64,000 nt of DNA from a virus. The number at the start of each line of letters is the position of its first letter. Positions within the stretch are counted from its first letter, which is position 1. The notes beneath the pieces are model-generated. The model had not been told where the DNA came from. It made no database searches and saw nothing but the letters and a program-made list of their open reading frames with translations. Below, in pieces: positions 31,471 to 39,372 of the stretch. The translations under genes were made by a program, and so were the position numbers. Location of the stretch: the IMG/VR virus record IMGVR_UViG_3300036852_000503; one strand, 5' to 3'.

Positions 31471-32948
31471 TGAGCCTGCGCATTGGGTACGGTAAGTTCG
31501 GGCGCAGCATGGCGTTTGACCGCAACAAGTGGGGCTTCCAGGGGGACGCGGAGGCACCTAACCTACTCATGCGGCTCGCCCGACGCAACCCCGACGTGAC
31601 GTGGGTGATCGTCGGTAAGAACACCGGCACCGGCTGGCAGGGTGAGCAGAACATCGAGAACCCGTGGTCCGACGGCTCGTGGACGAGTAAGATCAGGGGC
31701 CAGCCGTACAACAACATCGGTGCCGGCCAGACGCCGCCGCCCGACGAGCTGTTCATCCCGTATCGCAAGGCCGGCGGTGGCTTCTGGCTCAACGGCGATG
31801 CGTACCGACGCGACCTCGCGATCGCCGACGTGATCGCCGGTCTCGACGGCGTCGTGATGCACATGGGGCAGCACGGCACGAGTCACGTGCCGATCCCGCA
31901 GTCGACGTCCACGTGGGCCGACGCGGCGCGTCAACCCGAGCTGATCACGTCGCCGCAGCTCTGGTCGCGCAACTACGGCGAGTACGCGGCGCGCGGACTC
32001 AACGCGCTCGGCGATCGGACCAACGGCGAGGCGCCGGTGGTCTGGCTGGTGACGGACCCGCGCAACTACCTCAAGGCGCGCGATCTCAAGTGGCCCAGCG
32101 GCTCGCGCGAGGTGCTCGCGCAGTACGAGTTCACGCGCACCACCCGCCACGAGCGCTACCTGGACCCGCGCGCGCCCGATGAACTCGGGTGGGACAACTG
32201 CGCCGTCGACCGCGACGGCGAGGTGTGGGTGGCCGACAACAGCTACGTGCACGCCGGACTTGAGCTGATGATACTCCCCGACGACTGGGAGACGTGGGGT
32301 CCAGCGGGATTCCACGAGCGACTGCCGACGGGCGTCGCGTCCACGTCGTTCAGCGACGGCCGCATCGGGCGTGAGCTGCGGCGGTCCGAGCTGATTCGCG
32401 ACTACCTGCTCGCCGCGTTCCCCGATGCCGAGATCTTCGGCAAGTGGGATGCGGTGAGCGAGGCGGACATTCTTCCGCGCGTGGTGGTGCGCAACAAGCC
32501 GGACGAGTTCGCCAGCCTACTCAACCGCTGGCGCGTGACGCTCGCGATGCCGGCGCTCGGGACACCCTGGACGGTCGCCAAGGTGTTCCAGTGCTTCGCC
32601 GCGAACGTCGCGTGCTTCATGGTCGAGCAGCTCGACGACCAGGGGTGGCTCCTACCCACCCGCCGGCGAGGTCCTGGTACCCAGCAGGTGGGCAATGTGT
32701 TCGGCACGGACATACCGCTGTGGTCGATCAGGAACGACTGGACACCTCGTGACCTGATGCTCGCGAGTTGGCTGCGCGTGGAGTCGCCGGTCGAGTTCGA
32801 GCGGGGCGCCCGTCAGGTGAGTCATCGTGAGTCGCTGTGGGAGTGGATCGTTCAGGCCCAGCGCGCGCTGCTGCAACGTCGCTGGGATGAGCACTTGACC
32901 GAAGTTTCGATCGAGCGACTGCTCGGCATCAATGGAGAAGACAGGTGA
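31470..32948 (+). CDS. Hypothetical 492-aa protein (candidate transferase of the cluster)
   Basis: Track ORF 31449..32948. ATG 31470 overlaps the upstream TGA. No motif recognised with confidence. Confidence 0.7.
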   Translation: MSLRIGYGKFGRSMAFDRNKWGFQGDAEAPNLLMRLARRNPDVTWVIVGKNTGTGWQGEQNIENPWSDGSWTSKIRGQPYNNIGAGQTPPPDELFIPYRKAGGGFWLNGDAYRRDLAIADVIAGLDGVVMHMGQHGTSHVPIPQSTSTWADAARQPELITSPQLWSRNYGEYAARGLNALGDRTNGEAPVVWLVTDPRNYLKARDLKWPSGSREVLAQYEFTRTTRHERYLDPRAPDELGWDNCAVDRDGEVWVADNSYVHAGLELMILPDDWETWGPAGFHERLPTGVASTSFSDGRIGRELRRSELIRDYLLAAFPDAEIFGKWDAVSEADILPRVVVRNKPDEFASLLNRWRVTLAMPALGTPWTVAKVFQCFAANVACFMVEQLDDQGWLLPTRRRGPGTQQVGNVFGTDIPLWSIRNDWTPRDLMLASWLRVESPVEFERGARQVSHRESLWEWIVQAQRALLQRRWDEHLTEVSIERLLGINGEDR

Positions 32949-33217
32949 GCGACGACGTGATCGACCCGACCGAGTTGCCCGGTCGAGTGACCGGCTATCG
33001 ACCGCAGACGTCGGCAGCCGTCACGTTGGTGAACAGGATCAAGAACTACGAGCGCGACGTCGCGATCCTGTGGGCGCAGGTCAACCGGCACGACGGCGTC
33101 GACGCCGACCAGCGTGAGCTCTCGCTCGCGCGCGATCACTTCGAGGACGGCTTCATGCACCTAGTGCGCGCCGTGTTCAAGCCCGTTGACCCATTCGTGG
33201 AGGCTCTCGGTGGCTGA
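32945..33217 (+). CDS. Hypothetical protein (90 aa)
   Basis: Track ORF; GGAGAAG RBS; GTG start. Confidence 0.65.
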   Translation: MSDDVIDPTELPGRVTGYRPQTSAAVTLVNRIKNYERDVAILWAQVNRHDGVDADQRELSLARDHFEDGFMHLVRAVFKPVDPFVEALGG

Positions 33218-33791
33218 CTGGAAGTGGTTGGAGTCGACCCGTCGACTCCAGGAGGAGTCGTTTGGCGTCGTCTACCCGATCGAGGGTGAGCAGCTCGCGG
33301 ACTACGTGGTGTGGAACCACACTGCGCTCGTCTCGGAGGCCACCGAGCTGCTGAACGAGTTCGGCTGGAAGCCGTGGGCGTCGCCTCGTGGCTGGGTCAA
33401 CCGTCAGTTGGCGCTGAAGGAGGCCGTGGACGTCGCGCACTTCCTGGCGAACATCATGTGCGCGATCGACGTGACGGACGATGAGTGGGAGGCCGCGTAC
33501 CGCTCGAAGCAGGGCGTCAACGCGACACGCCAGCGCGAGGGATACGATGGAATATCGGGGAAGTGCCCGGGCTGTAAGCGTGCGTACGACGACGACATCC
33601 ACTGCAAGCCCGGCTACCTTCAGAAGAGTGCCACGGGAGTTGTTTGCATCAAGGTAGGCGCGCAGTGCAGTGAGCAGACGTGCCCGGGATGCGGAACCGA
33701 CTACGCGGACACGGTTGACTGCTACACGGCGAACGATCCCGACAACGTAAGTCGTAAGATTTACTGTGGCAAATTGCGCGAGAACATCTAG
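33210..33791 (+). CDS. All-alpha NTP pyrophosphohydrolase (MazG / dimeric dUTPase-like) with a C-terminal Cys-rich extension
   Basis: Track ORF 33186..33791, likely GTG 33210; EATELLNEFGWKPW and KEAVDVAHFLANIM resemble the metal-binding helices. The C-terminus has CPGC...C and CPGC...C. Confidence 0.55.
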   Translation: MADWKWLESTRRLQEESFGVVYPIEGEQLADYVVWNHTALVSEATELLNEFGWKPWASPRGWVNRQLALKEAVDVAHFLANIMCAIDVTDDEWEAAYRSKQGVNATRQREGYDGISGKCPGCKRAYDDDIHCKPGYLQKSATGVVCIKVGAQCSEQTCPGCGTDYADTVDCYTANDPDNVSRKIYCGKLRENI

Positions 33792-33803
33792 GAGGAGTCC
33801 AGC

Positions 33804-34996
33804 GTGTACCGATACGTCTCGTGTCAGACGTTCGCGGGAGGTTTCGACGTAGGTATGGTGCAGGCAGGCTTCGAGTTGGTGCACAAGGTCGAGCAGCACG
33901 GTGGGTTCGGTATGCCCAACTGCCTGGCGAATCGCGACATTCTTGGGCACAACTGGACATTCGAGATCGGTGACTACAAGACGTGGTCCGCGCCTGAAGT
34001 GGAGGTACTGGCAGGGAACCCTCCCTGCTCTTGACTGGCTTTTCAGCTATGACCGACAGGAAGTACCGCGGCATCGACGCCAAGGTGAATTCGTGCATGT
34101 GGGTGCTCATGGAGTACGCCGCGCGCGTGAAGCCGCAGGTCATCGTCATGGAGTCGGTGCGGCAGGCGTACACCGGCGGCCGCGCGATGATGACCGCGCT
34201 GCGCGACGACCTCGAGGCGAAGAGCGGGTTGAAGTACGACCTCTACCACGTCATGCAGGACGCGATCGAGCTGGGCGGCCCGGCGGTGCGCAAGCGTTAC
34301 TTCTGGGTGGCGTCGCAAATCCCCTTCGGCGTGGAGTTCCCCGTCATCACGCGCACGCCGACGCTCCACGACGTGATCGGCGACATCGAGCCGCTCGCCG
34401 AGACGTGGCAGCTCCAGCCGTACCGGCGACCGCCCTCCTGGTGGGCGAGCGCGCCTCGGTCGACGTCGGGTGCGGTCGACGGGCACATGACGCGCACCGG
34501 CATCGCGCACCGGCGAACGCTCGACCTCCTGACGCTGGGTGAGCAGCTCGGCGAGCCGTGGCCGCAAGGGTGGCACGTCGGCAAGTTCGCGCAGCACATC
34601 TACGACCGGCACGGCTGCCTACCCGACTCGTGGCTCCACCTGAAGAGCAAGTTGCTCGGGAACGACTTCCACATGGGTTACATCTCCGTGACCAGGTGGG
34701 ACGACAACCGCTCGGCGCGCGTGATCACCGGCGGCGCGCTCGACCTGGTGCTCCACCCCACGCAGCCCCGCTTCATCTCGCACCGTGAGGTCGCGCGCGT
34801 CATGGGCTTCCCGGACGACTGGCGCATCCTACCGCTGCGGGACCAGAGCAGCCTGAAGGCGACGTGGGGCAAGGGCATCACGACGCACTGCGGCCGCTGG
34901 ATCGGCGAGCAGGCGCGCGCGGCGCTGGACGGCGCACCCAACTCGTTCGTGGGCACGCCCGTCGGCGATCGTGAGTGGCTGATCAAGCGCAAGTGA
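33804..34996 (+). pseudogene. DNA (cytosine-5) methyltransferase interrupted inside catalytic motif IV
   Basis: Frame 1 (33804-34034): motif I FAGGFDVG ... GNPPCS then TGA at 34032. The -1 frame (from 34031): TGFSAMTDRKYRG...QVIVMESV (motif VI-like)... to 34996. Deleting 5 nt (TTGAC, 34031-34035) would give a contiguous GNPPCSGFS. Confidence 0.75.
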
Positions 34997-35061
34997 AGTG
35001 ACGTTGGGTAGGCACCTGTTAATATTCGGCTGAGTCACATTACGGCAACCGAGGAGTACGA

Positions 35062-35397
35062 GTGTCCGACGAGGAACTAAGCGTTGTGGAGCAGATCGAA
35101 TTCACCGGCGAGCCCGCCGCGGAGCCCGAAGGCGACGCCGAGCCGGCCGGCGCCACCGGTGTCGAGGCCAAGGGTCGGCGCGGTCGGCCGCGCTCGGAGG
35201 ACGCCCTGGGCCGCGACAACGCGGTGCTCGCCGCGCTCGGCGAGGGCGTGAAGACGCGCGAGCAGCTCGCGACCGAGATCAACCAGCCCGGCGGGCTCAC
35301 CTACCTGTCGCTGTACCGCCTCCGGAAGGAGGGCAAGGTCCAGCGGTTCGAGGGCGAGGGCGTCAAGCGGGGGTGGCAGCTCACCTCCGTCGAGTGA
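35062..35397 (+). CDS. Winged-helix-like DNA-binding protein with an acidic N-terminus
   Basis: 111 aa; GAGGAG RBS; KGRRGRPRS AT-hook-like segment, then VLAALGEGVKTREQLATEINQPGGLTYLSLYRLRKEGKV. Confidence 0.6.
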   Translation: MSDEELSVVEQIEFTGEPAAEPEGDAEPAGATGVEAKGRRGRPRSEDALGRDNAVLAALGEGVKTREQLATEINQPGGLTYLSLYRLRKEGKVQRFEGEGVKRGWQLTSVE

Positions 35398-35476
35398 CTC
35401 ACGCGCGCGTACGCGTAGCGCACGAGCGCACGCGTACGCGCGGCGTGAGCCCGGCTAAAGATCTTGAAAGTCACTG

Positions 35477-35505
35477 GGTTCATTTGTCCCAGCGTGTGGT
35501 AAAGT
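35477..35505 (+). promoter_or_regulatory. Promoter, GGTTCA-17 nt-TAAAGT class
   Basis: GGTTCA (35477-82), 17 nt ending in TGTGG, TAAAGT (35500-05). Same architecture as the minus-strand early promoters. Confidence 0.5.
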
Positions 35506-35524
35506 TTGGCAGGTAGGGCAGCGA

Positions 35525-35587
35525 GGGCGACAAGCTTCCACGGATTACGGGATGGCATCCCACCGGGTTCGATCCCCGGGTCGCCCA
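35525..35587 (+). ncRNA. Truncated tRNA-like element (acceptor plus T-arm intact, no anticodon loop)
   Basis: GGGCGAC (35525-31) pairs 7 of 7 with GTCGCCC (35580-86). T-arm CCGGG-TTCGATC-CCCGG. Only 31 nt lie between them (about 42 expected), containing the hairpin GGGAT-GGC-ATCCC. Discriminator A. Confidence 0.45.
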
Positions 35588-35622
35588 CTCGGAAGGCACG
35601 ACGCACGACCTAGGAGAGCACG

Positions 35623-36219
35623 ATGCAGACCGTTGCGACGATTTTGGCGCAGGCCACCGACAAGCAGATCAACCTCATGCTCAAGCTCGCCGGCGAGCGC
35701 GTCGTCGAGGACTGGGGCACCTGCGGCGAGGAGCGCATCGAGACGCTCGGCGCGAAGATCGAGGACCTGGGTGAGCGGCTCGACAAGCGCATGGCGTCGG
35801 CCATGATCGACTTTCTGCTGACGCGGCCGATCGACAAGCGTGAGGCCGACTGGGAGAAGTCGCTGGCCAGCGAGGTTCCCGCCAGCGTGGACGAGCCGCT
35901 GACGCCCGGCGTCTACGAGACGCACGGCCGCGTGTACGTCGTCAAGTACAACAAGGCGCGCACGAACCTGTACGCCAAGGTGCTCGTCGAGATCAACTCC
36001 GATCGGCTGGTCGAGTCGGGTGACGTCGTTAAGATCGAGTTCGAGTACGCGCCCGGCGCGATCCGCCTCATTAAGTCGCGTCACCGCATGACCGTCGAGC
36101 GTGCGGAGGAGCTGACGATCCGCTACGGTCGCTGCATCAACTGCGGTCGCGCGCTGAAGGCCGCCAAGTCCGTGAAGGCCGGCATCGGGCCGGTCTGCAT
36201 CAAGTCGTTCGCCGTCTAG
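35623..36219 (+). CDS. Hypothetical protein with a C-terminal CxxC...GIGPVC motif
   Basis: 198 aa preceded by CCTAGGAGAGCACG-ATG; C-terminal RYGRCINCGRALKAAKSVKAGIGPVCIKSF. Confidence 0.8.
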   Translation: MQTVATILAQATDKQINLMLKLAGERVVEDWGTCGEERIETLGAKIEDLGERLDKRMASAMIDFLLTRPIDKREADWEKSLASEVPASVDEPLTPGVYETHGRVYVVKYNKARTNLYAKVLVEINSDRLVESGDVVKIEFEYAPGAIRLIKSRHRMTVERAEELTIRYGRCINCGRALKAAKSVKAGIGPVCIKSFAV

Positions 36220-36228
36220 GAGGTTGGC

Positions 36229-36381
36229 GTGACCGACTGGGGTCTACCTACCGAAGCGGAGCTCCAGGGCGTCTGGCTCGCCCTGGAGCGCACGTCGAGG
36301 ACGCGCGACGAGTCGGGGTGGCTGGCTCCCCTGGAGCCGAGCGACGCGCTCGACGCGCACTGGCGCCTAGGCTGGGAGTAG
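36229..36381 (+). CDS. Hypothetical protein (50 aa)
   Basis: Not in the ORF track. AGGAGG RBS, GTG 36229; TDWGLPTEAELQGVWLALERTSRTRDESGWLAPLEPSDALDAHWRLGWE. Confidence 0.55.
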   Translation: MTDWGLPTEAELQGVWLALERTSRTRDESGWLAPLEPSDALDAHWRLGWE

Positions 36382-36405
36382 GCGCAAAAATCTTGTCACA
36401 ACTTG

Positions 36406-36434
36406 TTTACACGGTGACTAACGTGTGCTAGGTT
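36406..36434 (+). promoter_or_regulatory. Sigma-70-like promoter (TTTACA-17 nt-TAGGTT)
   Basis: -35 TTTACA (36406-11), 17-nt spacer ending in TGC, -10 TAGGTT (36429-34), in an AT-richer spacer. Confidence 0.5.
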
Positions 36435-36474
36435 TACATCACAGCACAGGAACTTAGGAGAGAAGGCGATCATC

Positions 36475-37473
36475 ATGACCTCAACGCTCGAGTCCCCCGC
36501 CCCCGCCCCCGCCCTCGCCGACTACGCCGAGCAGGGAGGCGAGAAGATGTTCAGCTCGCGTCGGCTGCCCTGGGCCAAGATCGGCACGGTCATCGACGAC
36601 CCGAGCGTGGATGCCGCCACGGCCGCGCAGCTCGGCGGTCTCGACTTCGACGTCGAGCTGCGGAGCGTGCGCTACAACGTCGTCAACGCCGACGGCATCA
36701 AGTCCACCAAGACCATCCCGAACCGCAAGGCCGTCGTACGGGTCGGCACCGACGAGTTCTTCGACGTGGTGAGCACGAAGTACGTGCCGGTCCAGTACCG
36801 CGACGCGTTCTCGTTCCTGGACGGCATTCACCCCCGCTACGTGTCGGCGGGTACGATGGGTGGCGGTAAGCAGGGCTTCATGGTCATTCAACTCCCCGGC
36901 GCCGAGGACGTCTCCGTGGACGTCAACGGCGTGAACGACCCGCACATGCTCTACGTGATCGTTCGCACGTCGCACGACCGCTCCAAGGCCCTCGAGGTCG
37001 CCGTGATGCCGCTGCGCGGACTGTGCATGAACATGCTCGGCCTGCCCTCGCTCACCCGAGGCGCCGAGCAGCGCTGGTCGTTCAAGCACGTCGGCGACGT
37101 CGCCGAGAAGTTGGAGCAGGCCCAGGCCACGCTGCTCAAGACGGAGAAGTACGTCGACGCGTTCCGAGGCACGGTGCGGCAGCTCGCGTCGGTCACGCTG
37201 GACGGCGACGACGTCAACACGATCCTCAAGCGCGTCCTGCCGGACCGCCCGATGCGCGACGACGCGATCGCCGCGATCACGGCGTCGTACACGGACAGCC
37301 CGGCCGTGGGCTTCACCGGCACCGGCTGGGGCCTCACGAACGCGGTGAGCGAGTACTTCCAGTGGGGCCGGAACGAGGGCTCGCGCACCGACCAGTCGAT
37401 GTTCACCTCCGCGCTGTCCGGCGACACGCGCAAGTACGTCGGCCGGACCGCCCAGCTCCTGCTGACCAGGTAG
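36475..37473 (+). CDS. DUF932-like phage/plasmid protein
   Basis: 332 aa; the overall pattern (LPWAKIGTVIDD...FDVVSTKYVPVQYRDAF...GGGKQGFMVIQLP...VRTSHDRSKA) matches my recollection of the DUF932/TIGR03299 family. Confidence 0.55.
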   Translation: MTSTLESPAPAPALADYAEQGGEKMFSSRRLPWAKIGTVIDDPSVDAATAAQLGGLDFDVELRSVRYNVVNADGIKSTKTIPNRKAVVRVGTDEFFDVVSTKYVPVQYRDAFSFLDGIHPRYVSAGTMGGGKQGFMVIQLPGAEDVSVDVNGVNDPHMLYVIVRTSHDRSKALEVAVMPLRGLCMNMLGLPSLTRGAEQRWSFKHVGDVAEKLEQAQATLLKTEKYVDAFRGTVRQLASVTLDGDDVNTILKRVLPDRPMRDDAIAAITASYTDSPAVGFTGTGWGLTNAVSEYFQWGRNEGSRTDQSMFTSALSGDTRKYVGRTAQLLLTR

Positions 37474-37488
37474 TTAGCAGGTGAGATG

Positions 37489-37529
37489 CCGTGGGGATCG
37501 GGTGCCGGGGTTGACCCCGATCCTCACGG
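37489..37529 (+). terminator. 14-bp hairpin terminator
   Basis: CCGTGGGGATCGGG (37489-502) / CCCGATCCTCACGG (37516-29), one G-T pair, 13-nt loop, 15 nt after the stop at 37473. Confidence 0.6.
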
Positions 37530-37536
37530 CCACCCA

Positions 37537-37603
37537 GGGTCCGTAGCTCAACTGGTTGAGCGCCTCGACGGAGGAGTTGTAGGTTCGAATCCTACCGGGC
37601 CCA
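37537..37603 (+). ncRNA. tRNA-like element whose anticodon arm is a 4-bp stem with a tetraloop
   Basis: Acceptor GGGTCCG/CGGGCCC (7 bp including one G-T), TA, D-arm GCTC-AACTGGTT-GAGC, G, then only 12 nt CCTC-GACG-GAGG where 17 are expected, variable AGTT, T-arm GTAGG-TTCGAAT-CCTAC, discriminator A. Confidence 0.5.
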
Positions 37604-37636
37604 CGTAGAAACTTCACCATCGATGAGAGGAAAGCA

Positions 37637-38047
37637 ATGGGTGCACCACGTGTCTGGCAGAAGGTCATGGCCGTGCTGGTCGACGCGCCGGGGGTGACGC
37701 TGTACCGGACCGAGATCGCGGAGCGCGCCGGCCTCACGCCCGAGCAGGTCTACGGCGCCATCAACACGATCATGCGCAACTCCGAGAAGGCGCCGTTCAT
37801 CGACGTCGTGCACAAGGGCGCCGCGTGGCGCTACGCGCCGAAGGGCGCGACCCTCACGCAGGACTCGATCAAGCAGCGCGCGCAGGTCCAGGGTACGGTC
37901 TCGCGGTCAAACACTGGACCGTCGCCGTCGCCCTTGCCGTCGCTCGGCACGTCGACGCGCGTGTTCGAGGAGATCGGCAAGCTCAAGGACGGCAGCATCC
38001 TACTCCGTGACAGCGACGGCAACATGTGGTCCGCCAGCGAGCTGTAG
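37637..38047 (+). CDS. Winged-helix-like DNA-binding protein
   Basis: 136 aa; GAGAGGAAAG RBS; VTLYRTEIAERAGLTPEQVYGAINTIMRN. Confidence 0.6.
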   Translation: MGAPRVWQKVMAVLVDAPGVTLYRTEIAERAGLTPEQVYGAINTIMRNSEKAPFIDVVHKGAAWRYAPKGATLTQDSIKQRAQVQGTVSRSNTGPSPSPLPSLGTSTRVFEEIGKLKDGSILLRDSDGNMWSASEL

Positions 38048-38081
38048 TCGATCACGCACGATCAGTCACCAGGAGGTCGTG

Positions 38082-38432
38082 ATGAGCAGCTCGAGCGACG
38101 CGTTCATGCGCAACCCGGATCGTTCGTGCGTCAACGCGCCGCTCGAGGTGTTCGTCACCTCGGGCGACGAGGCGGACGAGCCACCCTTCCCGTCCGAGGA
38201 CGCGCGATACTACTGCGACCGGTGCCCGGTCCGACCGGAGTGCCTGATGTACGCCCTGGACAACGGCGTTGACTTCGGCGTGTGGGGTGGCATGAGCGCG
38301 TACCAACGTGGACTACTCAGGCGTAAGAAGGAGCGGAAGCGCTGCCCGTCGTGCAGCTCGACGGACATCGTGCTGGAGAACGGCAGCGAGATCTGCCTCG
38401 CGTGCGGTGTGTCGTGGGAGGTTTGGAACTAG
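38082..38432 (+). CDS. whiB: WhiB-family transcription factor with a C-terminal zinc-ribbon extension
   Basis: ATG 38082 after CAGGAGG; C-x-CDRCPVRPEC cluster, GVWGG turn, basic RRKKERKR, then CPSC...CLAC. Confidence 0.8.
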   Translation: MSSSSDAFMRNPDRSCVNAPLEVFVTSGDEADEPPFPSEDARYYCDRCPVRPECLMYALDNGVDFGVWGGMSAYQRGLLRRKKERKRCPSCSSTDIVLENGSEICLACGVSWEVWN

Positions 38433-38444
38433 TGACTCGTGTGG

Positions 38445-38473
38445 TTGCACGACGTTGGGATTTATGATATGGT
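38445..38473 (+). promoter_or_regulatory. Sigma-70-like promoter (TTGCAC-17 nt-TATGGT)
   Basis: -35 at 38445-50, -10 at 38468-73. The module continues to ATG 38513 and is near-identical to the minus-strand module at 5131-5061. Confidence 0.5.
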
Positions 38474-38512
38474 TGTCTCACGGCCCGCTACCAGGAACCC
38501 AAGGAGAGCACG

Positions 38513-39259
38513 ATGACCGAGCCCCGGTTCGACGTTCAGGACAAGATCGCGAAGCTGCTCGCGAAGGCCGAGAAGACCACGCCCGAGGAGGCGCTGGTTC
38601 TGACCGAGGCCGCCGAGCGAATGATGCTGAAGTACGGCATCGAGCAGGCTGTGATCAACGCGAAGCGCGCGGGTAGCGACCACGCGTCGGACGAGCGCAT
38701 CATTCGCGTGATCATCCAGCTCAAGGGCACCTACCGCCGGGCGCTTCTTCTGACGCTGGGCAACATTGCCGACGCGTTCGGCACCGTGAAGACGATCAAC
38801 GGTCACACGCGCGACAGCACCGAGTTCCTCTGGCTGGTCGGCTACGAGTCCGACGTGCGGCAGGTCGAGACGCTGGTCACGTCGCTTCACCTGCAGCTGA
38901 TGGCCGCGCTGTCGACATGGTGGCGCACGTTCGACGCCGACGGCATGACGGCGATGGCGAAGTTCAAGGCGCGCCGGCAGTTCATGCTCTCGTTCGGGAG
39001 CGGCGCGTGCGCGCGCATCGCGGCGTCGCGTCGTGAGGCGGTTGCCGACGCCACGAACGCCGAGCCCGGCACCGCCCTGGTGCTGCGCGACCGACGCTCG
39101 GCAGTCACCTCGTGGGTCGACGCGCAGTACGAGCTCGTCCCGGGCAAGTCCGTGCGCATGGCGAGTGGCGGTTATGCGGCGGGTAGCGCTGGTTACGAGG
39201 CCGGGCGCAACGCGAGCACCGGCGAGGGCGCGCTGAAGGCGACCAAGGCGATTCGGTAG
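38513..39259 (+). CDS. DUF2786-like protein
   Basis: 248 aa; N-terminal DKIAKLLAKAEKTTPEEALVLTEAAERMMLKYGI is typical of that family as I recall it. Confidence 0.55.
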   Translation: MTEPRFDVQDKIAKLLAKAEKTTPEEALVLTEAAERMMLKYGIEQAVINAKRAGSDHASDERIIRVIIQLKGTYRRALLLTLGNIADAFGTVKTINGHTRDSTEFLWLVGYESDVRQVETLVTSLHLQLMAALSTWWRTFDADGMTAMAKFKARRQFMLSFGSGACARIAASRREAVADATNAEPGTALVLRDRRSAVTSWVDAQYELVPGKSVRMASGGYAAGSAGYEAGRNASTGEGALKATKAIR

Positions 39260-39283
39260 CAAACACACGCCTCCAGGCGTCCT

Positions 39284-39344
39284 CTGAGACGGCAACGCCG
39301 CCCTAGCCGGGGTAACCGGCACGCGGGCGGCGTTGCCGTCTCAG
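39284..39344. terminator. Bidirectional terminator: 20-bp perfect inverted repeat between convergent genes
   Basis: CTGAGACGGCAACGCCGCCC (39284-303) / GGGCGGCGTTGCCGTCTCAG (39325-44). The 21-nt loop contains GCCGG-GGTAA-CCGGC. Confidence 0.7.
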
Positions 39345-39372
39345 CGTGACCCTGAGCGGTGTTGGCGGGTAG

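Noticed and set aside
35525-37603. tRNA-like elements as attP cores of an integration module.
   Set aside because: attP normally copies only the 3' part of a host tRNA. Here both acceptor strands and the D-arm are present. No integrase or excisionase gene is in the window.
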